Below, one piece after another: positions 57,228 to 64,000 of a DNA stretch of 64,000 nucleotides. The stretch covers positions 28,046-92,045 of the forward strand of contig JAOBJV010000001.1 in the NCBI GenBank assembly GCA_025728385.1, in the 5' to 3' direction. The translations under genes were made by a program, and so were the position numbers. This stretch comes from Candidatus Lightella neohaematopini. GTDB lineage: Bacteria; Pseudomonadota; Gammaproteobacteria; Enterobacterales; Enterobacteriaceae. The notes under the pieces are model-generated. The model was not told the DNA's origin. It made no database searches and worked only from the letters and a program-made list of their open reading frames with translations. How positions within the stretch are numbered: position 1 is the first letter of the stretch; every line of letters starts with the position of its first letter.

Positions 57228-57337
57228 AATAAGAATTAATATTTATATCTATTACGTAAATAAATACTATAAATTTTATACTATTATAGTATTATAATTA
57301 TTTATGATTATAATTAATTTTATTATAAAAATATTTT

Positions 57338-57979
57338 ATGAATTACATACTTAATAATTATTTTGGTAAACCAACACAACGTGTGATAAATGCTATTAGT
57401 TCCTTTAAAAGAGGTAATGGCGTATTAGTTATCGATGATGAAGATCGTGAAAATGAAGGTGATATTATATTTTCTGCAGAAAATATAACTGTAGAACAAA
57501 TGGCTTTTACTATACGTTACGGTAGTGGAATAGTATGTTTATGTTTAACAGAAGAAAGAAGAAAACAACTAGATTTAAATATGATGGTAAAAAATAATAA
57601 TAGTCGTTATCAGACTGCATTTACAGTTACAATAGAAGCAGCTCGTGGAGTAACCACTGGTGTTTCTGCAGCAGATAGAGTTACTACAATTAAAACTGCT
57701 ATTAAAGATGATGCTAAACCATCTGATTTAAATAGACCTGGTCACGTATTCCCTTTACTGGCAAAAAATGGTGGAGTATTAACCAGACGTGGACATACTG
57801 AAGCTACTATAGACTTAACTATTTTAGCTGGATTAAAACCATTTGGAGTATTATGTGAAATTATTAATGAAGATGGTACTATGGCCCGTACTCCAGATAT
57901 TATAAATTTTGCTAATAAATTTAATATGCCAGTAATAACGATTAATGATTTAGTTAATTATCGTAAAAATAATACATAA
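57338..57979 (+). CDS. ribB: 3,4-dihydroxy-2-butanone-4-phosphate synthase
   Basis: 213 aa. [27 protein letters not shown], and [11 protein letters not shown]. Confidence 0.96.
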   Translation: MNYILNNYFGKPTQRVINAISSFKRGNGVLVIDDEDRENEGDIIFSAENITVEQMAFTIRYGSGIVCLCLTEERRKQLDLNMMVKNNNSRYQTAFTVTIEAARGVTTGVSAADRVTTIKTAIKDDAKPSDLNRPGHVFPLLAKNGGVLTRRGHTEATIDLTILAGLKPFGVLCEIINEDGTMARTPDIINFANKFNMPVITINDLVNYRKNNT

Positions 57980-57986
57980 AAATTTT

Positions 57987-58700
57987 ATGATTGCTTTATT
58001 AAGAATTATAATAATTTTACCTTATTTTATTTTTATATGTATTTACGGTATTTTTTACTGTTTAGTTAAATTTAAAAATAAAAATAATGTTATGGTAATT
58101 AGTAAATTATTTAATAAGATATCAATTCTATTAGGTATAAAAATAAGAATATATCAATATAATAGATTAATTAATAATGATAATTGTATATATATTGCTA
58201 ATCATCAGAATATTTATGATATATTTATTACTTCATGCATTATACAAAATAATACTATAACTATAGGAAAAAAAGAGATAATTTTTATTCCATTATTTGG
58301 AATATTATATTGGTTAAGTGGTAATATTTTTATTAATAGAAATATTAATTATCGCAGTTTTAATAATTTAAATAATATTATAAATAGTATAAAAAAACGT
58401 AACGTTTCAGTATTAATTTTTCCTGAAGGCACACGTAGTAATAGTAAAAAACTATTACCATTTAAAACTGGTGCTTTTTATATCGCAATGAATAATAATA
58501 TGTCTATTGTGCCAATATGCATATCTAACACTAATAATATTAGATTAAATCGTTGGAATAATGGTATTATTACTATTTATATTTTACCTAAACTAATATT
58601 TAATAGTTATAAAAGTAAAAATTTAAGAGAAATAGCTAATCAATGTTTTAAACAAATGAAAAATAAATTAACTAGTATAAATAATATTAAAAAATATTAA
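57987..58700 (+). CDS. plsC: 1-acyl-sn-glycerol-3-phosphate acyltransferase
   Basis: 237 aa. NHQNIYD (HX4D), VGKKE-type block IGKKEI, and FPEGTRS. Confidence 0.9.
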   Translation: MIALLRIIIILPYFIFICIYGIFYCLVKFKNKNNVMVISKLFNKISILLGIKIRIYQYNRLINNDNCIYIANHQNIYDIFITSCIIQNNTITIGKKEIIFIPLFGILYWLSGNIFINRNINYRSFNNLNNIINSIKKRNVSVLIFPEGTRSNSKKLLPFKTGAFYIAMNNNMSIVPICISNTNNIRLNRWNNGIITIYILPKLIFNSYKSKNLREIANQCFKQMKNKLTSINNIKKY

Positions 58701-58701
58701 T

Positions 58702-58959
58702 TTATATTTGTATAATTATATTGGTTATAGGTGTACAAATACATGGTAAAATTTCATTCTTTTGAATAACAATGGTTGGTATTTTTAGATATCTTACTTT
58801 TCCTATTAATAATTTTAATTTACATAGGCCACATTGGCCTGATTTGCATTGATATTGAATATTAATATTATTTATTTCTAATGTATATAATAAAGAAAAA
58901 TGTTCCTTACAGGAATATAATAATATATTACTAGAATATAAATATATTTTGCAAACCAT
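58702..58959 (-). CDS. yfaE: 2Fe-2S ferredoxin YfaE (class Ia RNR cofactor maintenance)
   Basis: 85 aa. C...CKSGQCGLCK...ILPCIC cysteine pattern. It lies immediately downstream of nrdB as in E. coli. Confidence 0.85.
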   Translation of the reverse strand: MVCKIYLYSSNILLYSCKEHFSLLYTLEINNINIQYQCKSGQCGLCKLKLLIGKVRYLKIPTIVIQKNEILPCICTPITNIIIQI

Positions 58960-58970
58960 TATTAAATTTT

Positions 58971-60101
58971 TTATAATTTAAAATTACTTAGTTCTTTGTA
59001 ATTAATTTCAGAATCTATTTGTCCCACTAAATATGAACTAACTTCTGCTTCTTGGGGAGCCATTTGTACGTTATCAGATATTAACCAATTATTAATCCAC
59101 GGAATTGGATTATAATTAATATTAAATATTGGTTTAAAACCAATAGCTTTCATCCTAATATTAGTAATATATTCAATATATTGACATAGTATTTCTTTAT
59201 TTAATCCAATTATATTACCCTTACAAAATAAATAATTTACCCATTCTTTTTCTTGCTGAGCTACTAATAAAAATAAATTATTACCTTGTTTTCTACAGTT
59301 ATAAGCGATATTAGACATTTCTTGATCATCTTCACCAGAATGAATTAAATTTATTATATATTGTGTTCCAGTAACATGTAATGCTTCGTCTCGCGCAATA
59401 AGTCTAATTATTTTTGCGTTACCTTCCATTAATTTTCTTTCAGCAAATGCAAAAGCACAAGCAAAACTAACATAAAACCTAATTGATTCTAGAGCGCAAA
59501 TACTAATTAAACATAAATATAATTTTTCTTTTAATGTTTTTAAATTAATTATTATTTTATTACCATTAATATAATGTATACCAGTACCTAATAAATTATA
59601 ATAATGGACAAAATTAATTAATTCATCATAATAAAATACAATATTTTTGGATCTTTTTAAAATTTCTTTATTAGATATAATATTATCAAAAACTAATGAT
59701 GGATCATTAATAATATTTCTAATGATATGTGTATATGATCTAGAGTGAATAGTTTCATAAAATGACCACGTTTCTACCCATGTTTCTAATTCTGGGATTG
59801 ATATAATCGGTAATAAAGAAACATTAGGACTGCGACTTTGTATAGAATCTAATAATGTTTGATATTTTAAATTACTGAGAAAAATATGTTTTTCTTTTTC
59901 TGATAAAGTTAAGTAATCTATTCTATCACGAGAAATATCAATTTCTTCAGGTCTCCAAAAAAAAGATAATTGTTTTTCAATTAACTTTTCAAAAAAAATA
60001 TATTTTTGTTGATCAAATCTAGAGATATTAACAGATTGACCAAAAAACATTGGTTCTATTAATTGATTATTTTTTAATTGAGAAAATGTTGTATATAACA
60101 T
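58971..60101 (-). CDS. nrdB: ribonucleoside-diphosphate reductase beta subunit (class Ia)
   Basis: 376 aa. Di-iron ligand and radical-Tyr contexts are ...[18 protein letters not shown]..., ...[11 protein letters not shown]..., and ...ARDEALHV.... Confidence 0.97.
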   Translation of the reverse strand: MLYTTFSQLKNNQLIEPMFFGQSVNISRFDQQKYIFFEKLIEKQLSFFWRPEEIDISRDRIDYLTLSEKEKHIFLSNLKYQTLLDSIQSRSPNVSLLPIISIPELETWVETWSFYETIHSRSYTHIIRNIINDPSLVFDNIISNKEILKRSKNIVFYYDELINFVHYYNLLGTGIHYINGNKIIINLKTLKEKLYLCLISICALESIRFYVSFACAFAFAERKLMEGNAKIIRLIARDEALHVTGTQYIINLIHSGEDDQEMSNIAYNCRKQGNNLFLLVAQQEKEWVNYLFCKGNIIGLNKEILCQYIEYITNIRMKAIGFKPIFNINYNPIPWINNWLISDNVQMAPQEAEVSSYLVGQIDSEINYKELSNFKL

Positions 60102-60127
60102 AATTTATTTACCTAATCTATATATTT

Positions 60128-62395
60128 TTAAATTTTACAAGCACCACTATCACAATCATTATTATTCATTAATGTTTGATTTAAAATATTTATATTATTA
60201 TCACGTGTATTCTGATAGTACAAAGTTTTTATTCCTAATTTATAAGAAGTTAATAGATCTTTTATTAGTTGTTGCATAGGTATTTTACCAGATGAAAATT
60301 TACTAGGATCATAATTGGTATTAGTAGAAATTGATTGATCAATAAATTTTTGCATAATACTAACTAATTTTAAATAACCATAATTATTAGGTAAATTCCA
60401 CAATAATTCATAATAGTTGCGTAACTTAATTGCTTCAGGTATAACTTGTTTTAATATACCATCTTTTGATGCTTTGATTGTAACAAAACCTCTTGGTGGT
60501 TCTATTCCATTGGTAGCATTTGAAATTTGTGAAGAAGTTTCAGATGGCATAATAGCAGATAAAGAAGAATTTCTTAAACCATATTTTTTAATATTCTTAC
60601 GTAATTCTTCCCAGTTATAATATAATGGTTCATTAACTATATTATCAACATCTTTTTTATAAGTATCTATAGGTAAAATACCATTATAATAATTTGTTTC
60701 ATTAAACCAAGAGCACATACCTTTTTCTTTTGCTAAATCACAGGATGCTTTTAGTAAAAAATATTGTATAGCTTCAAATGTACGATGAGTTAATTTATTA
60801 GCACTACCATCAGAATAACGAACACCATTTTTCGCTAAATAATATGCAAAATTAATTACTCCAATGCCTAATGATCTTCTATTTATAGTACTAATTTTTG
60901 CTGCAGGAATTAGATAATGTTGATAATCTATTAGTTCATCTAACGCACGAACAATTAATACTGATAATTCACTAAAATCATTTAAATCTTGTATTTCTCC
61001 TAAATTAAATGCTGATAAAGTACATAATGCTACTTCACCATTATTATCATGTATATCTTCTAATGGTTTAGTTGGTAAAACTATTTCTAAACATAAATTA
61101 GATTGTTTAATTGGGGCAATTTTTGGATTAAATGAACTATGACTATTACAATGATCAACATGTTGTATATATATTCTACCAGTAGATGTTCTTTCTTTCA
61201 TCATTAAAGAAAACAATTCTCTAGCTTTAATATAACCATGACGAATTTTGCTATTTTTTTCATATTCCTCGTATAAATATTTAAATTTTTTTTGATCAGA
61301 AAAAAATGCATTATATAAGTCTGGTACATCAGAAGGACTAAATAAAGTTATGTGCTTATCATCAATTAATCTCTGATACATTAATTTATTTAATTGTACA
61401 CCATAATCTATGTGTCTTACTCTATTAGTTTCAACACCTCTATTATTTTTCAAAACTAATAAATTTTCTATTTCTAAATGCCAAATAGGATAAAAAATAG
61501 TAGCAGCTCCCCCTCTTACACCACCTTGTGAACAAGATTTAACTGCTGTTTGAAAATGTTTATAAAATGGTATACAACCAGTATGAAACGTTTCTCCTCC
61601 TCTAATAGGACTACCTATAGCTCTTATTCTACCAGCATTTATACCTATACCAGCTCTTTGTGATATATATTTCATAATAATACTAGATGTTGCGTTAATT
61701 GAATTAATACTATCATTACATTCAATTAGCACACATGAACTAAATTGTTTTGTTGGTGTACGTACACCTGACATAATTGGTGTAGGTAAAGAAATTTTAA
61801 ATGTAGATATTGCATCATAAAATTTTTTTATATAATTCAAACGATTTTTTTTATCGTAATTAGAAAATAAACAAGCAGCTATAAGAATATATAAAAATTG
61901 TGCACTTTCATATATTTTACCAGTAACTCTATTTTGTACTAAATATTTATTTTCTAATTGTTTTATTGCTACATAAGAAAAATTCATATCACGATAATGA
62001 TCTATAAAACTATTCATATATTCAAATTCATTGATATCATAATAATCAATAATTTTTTTATCATATTTACCTAGATTAATTAAATTTATAACATGATTAT
62101 ATAATTTAGGTGGATTAAATGTACCGTATGCTTTTTTTCTTAAGTTAAACATTACTAATCTTGCTGCTAAATATTGATAATCAGGATATTTATAAGATAT
62201 TAAATCAGCAGTTACTTTAATTAAAATTTCATGAATATCAATAGTTTTTATACCATTATATAGTTGTGTATAAGAATAGTGCTCTATTTTTTTTATGGAA
62301 ATATTACTTAATCCGACGGATGCTCTATTAATAACTCGTTTAATTTTATTAAAATTAATACGTTCTTTATCGCCATTTCGTTTAATTACTAACAT
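60128..62395 (-). CDS. nrdA: ribonucleoside-diphosphate reductase alpha subunit (class Ia)
   Basis: 755 aa. N-terminal ATP cone (VIKRNG.KE.I...KI), active site ...SNLCLEI..., and a C-terminal redox pair ...CDSGACKI. Confidence 0.97.
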   Translation of the reverse strand: MLVIKRNGDKERINFNKIKRVINRASVGLSNISIKKIEHYSYTQLYNGIKTIDIHEILIKVTADLISYKYPDYQYLAARLVMFNLRKKAYGTFNPPKLYNHVINLINLGKYDKKIIDYYDINEFEYMNSFIDHYRDMNFSYVAIKQLENKYLVQNRVTGKIYESAQFLYILIAACLFSNYDKKNRLNYIKKFYDAISTFKISLPTPIMSGVRTPTKQFSSCVLIECNDSINSINATSSIIMKYISQRAGIGINAGRIRAIGSPIRGGETFHTGCIPFYKHFQTAVKSCSQGGVRGGAATIFYPIWHLEIENLLVLKNNRGVETNRVRHIDYGVQLNKLMYQRLIDDKHITLFSPSDVPDLYNAFFSDQKKFKYLYEEYEKNSKIRHGYIKARELFSLMMKERTSTGRIYIQHVDHCNSHSSFNPKIAPIKQSNLCLEIVLPTKPLEDIHDNNGEVALCTLSAFNLGEIQDLNDFSELSVLIVRALDELIDYQHYLIPAAKISTINRRSLGIGVINFAYYLAKNGVRYSDGSANKLTHRTFEAIQYFLLKASCDLAKEKGMCSWFNETNYYNGILPIDTYKKDVDNIVNEPLYYNWEELRKNIKKYGLRNSSLSAIMPSETSSQISNATNGIEPPRGFVTIKASKDGILKQVIPEAIKLRNYYELLWNLPNNYGYLKLVSIMQKFIDQSISTNTNYDPSKFSSGKIPMQQLIKDLLTSYKLGIKTLYYQNTRDNNINILNQTLMNNNDCDSGACKI

Positions 62396-62464
62396 AATAT
62401 AATTAACTATACAAATTATTTAGTTTAATATTTTAAAATTATTAATTACTTAAGTAGATAAGTA

Positions 62465-63172
62465 TTAATATTGACGTATCGTATAAACCATATAATTAAC
62501 GTTAATATTTTTTGATAAATAAAAATTATTAGTTAATGGATTGTATTTTATGCCTATAATTCCTTTTTTATATAAGGTTGTTTTATCTATCCAATTAAGT
62601 AATTCAGATGGTTTAATTAATTTATTAAAGCTATGTGTACCCTTAGGTATAAAATTTAATATATTTTCTGCTATTAGAATTGAAAGTAACCAAGACTTAA
62701 GATTACGATTTATTGTAGAAAAAAATACTTTTCCTCCAGGTTTCACTAATTGAGCGCATTGATTAATTAATTTAATTGGTTGATCTACATGTTCTAATAC
62801 TTCCATACAAGTAATAATATCATACATATTTTTATAACTATTAGTATGTTCTTCAATAGTTTGTTGAATATAATTTATTTTTAATTTGTTAATATTCATA
62901 TGTGATTTAGCTATATTAATTAATTTACTACTAATATCTATACCAGTAACATTTGCACCTTCTAATGCCATACTTTCTGATAAAATACCACCACCACATC
63001 CAACATCTAATATATTTTTATTATTTAAATCATCTACATTCATTATAATATAATGTAAACGTATAGGATTAATTTTATGTAATAATCTAAAATTACCATT
63101 AATATTCCACCAATCATTAATATTATAATCAAATATATTTGTATTGTTATGATTTCTATAATTATTGATCAT
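62465..63172 (-). CDS. ubiG: ubiquinone biosynthesis O-methyltransferase
   Basis: 235 aa. WW...G.F..LH..NP.R, SAM motif ILDVGCGGGILSE, and ...CMEVLEHV. It is divergent from gyrA as in E. coli. Confidence 0.92.
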   Translation of the reverse strand: MINNYRNHNNTNIFDYNINDWWNINGNFRLLHKINPIRLHYIIMNVDDLNNKNILDVGCGGGILSESMALEGANVTGIDISSKLINIAKSHMNINKLKINYIQQTIEEHTNSYKNMYDIITCMEVLEHVDQPIKLINQCAQLVKPGGKVFFSTINRNLKSWLLSILIAENILNFIPKGTHSFNKLIKPSELLNWIDKTTLYKKGIIGIKYNPLTNNFYLSKNINVNYMVYTIRQY

Positions 63173-63307
63173 ATAAAATTACCATACTAATATTTTAAAT
63201 GTAATTTTTATAAAATTAATATAACATATTATGTTTAATTTTTAATATAATATTTATATTAAAGTAAATATTAATTAGTTAATATTAAAATATTAAGGAT
63301 TACATTT

Positions 63308-64000
63308 ATGTCGAACTCTAATAATAAACTTATAAAAATTAGTATTGAAGAAGAATTAAAAAATTCTTATTTAAATTATGCTATGTCAGTTATTATTAGT
63401 AGAGCTTTACCAGATGCTAGAGATGGATTAAAACCAGTACATCGTAGAATATTATTTGCTATGTATAAATTAAATAATATATATAATAAACCATACAAAA
63501 AGTCTGCTCGTATTGTTGGTGATGTAATTGGTAAATATCATCCTCATGGTGACATTGCTGTATACGATACTATAGTACGTATGGCACAATCATTTTCTCT
63601 ACGTTATTTATTAATAGATGGGCAAGGTAATTTTGGATCAGTAGATGGTGATTCAGCAGCAGCTATGAGATATACTGAGATTCGTATGACTCAATTAGCT
63701 AGTGAATTATTAATTGACATAGAAAAAGATACTGTTGATTTTATATATAATTATGATAACACAGAAAAACTTCCTAAAGTTATGCCAACTAGAATACCTA
63801 ATTTGTTAATTAATGGATCTTCAGGTATAGCTGTTGGTATGGCAACTAATATTCCACCTCATAATATTTCTGAAGTAATTAACGGATGTTTAGCTTATAT
63901 TAATAATGAAAATATTTCTAATGAAGATTTAATAAAGTATATTCCTGGGCCAGATTTTCCTACAGCAGGTATTATTAATGGGAAACAAGGTATTATTAAT
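63308..64000 (+). CDS. gyrA: DNA gyrase subunit A, N-terminal 231 codons (runs off the window end; not in the ORF track)
   Basis: ATG at 63308. ...[40 protein letters not shown]...[35 protein letters not shown]...[18 protein letters not shown] (catalytic Tyr122 context). The frame is open to nt 64000. Confidence 0.95.
   Translation, partial: MSNSNNKLIKISIEEELKNSYLNYAMSVIISRALPDARDGLKPVHRRILFAMYKLNNIYNKPYKKSARIVGDVIGKYHPHGDIAVYDTIVRMAQSFSLRYLLIDGQGNFGSVDGDSAAAMRYTEIRMTQLASELLIDIEKDTVDFIYNYDNTEKLPKVMPTRIPNLLINGSSGIAVGMATNIPPHNISEVINGCLAYINNENISNEDLIKYIPGPDFPTAGIINGKQGIIN

Noticed and set aside
54620-62753. ORFs 54620..54841 (-), 60417..60620 (+) and 62541..62753 (+)
   Set aside because: They are antisense to uppP, nrdA and ubiG. 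They are spurious for the same reasons.
63203-63307. 10-bp inverted pair taaatgtaat ... attacattta flanking the ubiG/gyrA spacer
   Set aside because: The arms are about 80 nt apart, short and AT-rich. This is compatible with chance.

Overview
This window is a very AT-rich, tightly packed piece of a reduced gammaproteobacterial (Enterobacterales-derived) insect-endosymbiont chromosome. It is almost entirely housekeeping. I see no mobile elements, CRISPR arrays, prophage remnants, toxin/defence islands or orphan gene clusters, and I did not find a convincing new multi-gene system.

Gene order is a mosaic of blocks collinear with E. coli:
- mdlB-ffs-apt-dnaX-recR-htpG-adk, then qmcA, serS and dapA
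- tRNA-fMet-dapD-map / rpsB-tsf-pyrH-frr-dxr-uppS-cdsA-bamA-skp-lpxD-fabZ-lpxA-lpxB-dnaE-accA-tilS / proS / rrs-tRNAs / gloB-rnhA / dnaQ-gmhA-gpt-thrW
- atpCDGAHFEB-mnmG
- rsmI-rnpB / yqjA-alx-ileX-rpoD-dnaG-rpsU / tsaD-folB-uppP / cca / hldE-ribB-plsC
- yfaE-nrdB-nrdA-ubiG / gyrA

Retention of lipid A and outer-membrane biogenesis genes at this base composition looks more like a Wigglesworthia-type symbiont than Buchnera. That is an inference and is not verified.

RNA genes:
- 16S rRNA with boxA and an intact flanking processing stem
- seven tRNAs, none encoding a 3' CCA
- 4.5S (SRP) RNA
- RNase P RNA

Observations most worth a second look:
1. DnaE stops right after its internal clamp-binding motif, and DnaX lacks the tau-specific domains. 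Both sides of the alpha-tau contact are therefore missing.
2. The rrn locus is syntenic with E. coli rrnH, but the 23S-5S genes are cleanly missing between tRNA-Ala and tRNA-Asp.
3. The ADP-heptose pathway is eroding (gmhA has a 1-nt frameshift, hldE is kinase-only) next to an intact lpx cluster.
4. A perfect 22-bp inverted repeat lies in the serS/dapA divergent spacer.
5. GyrA naturally has Ile at codon 83.

E. coli lengths, motifs and gene orders are quoted from memory and should be re-checked by alignment.
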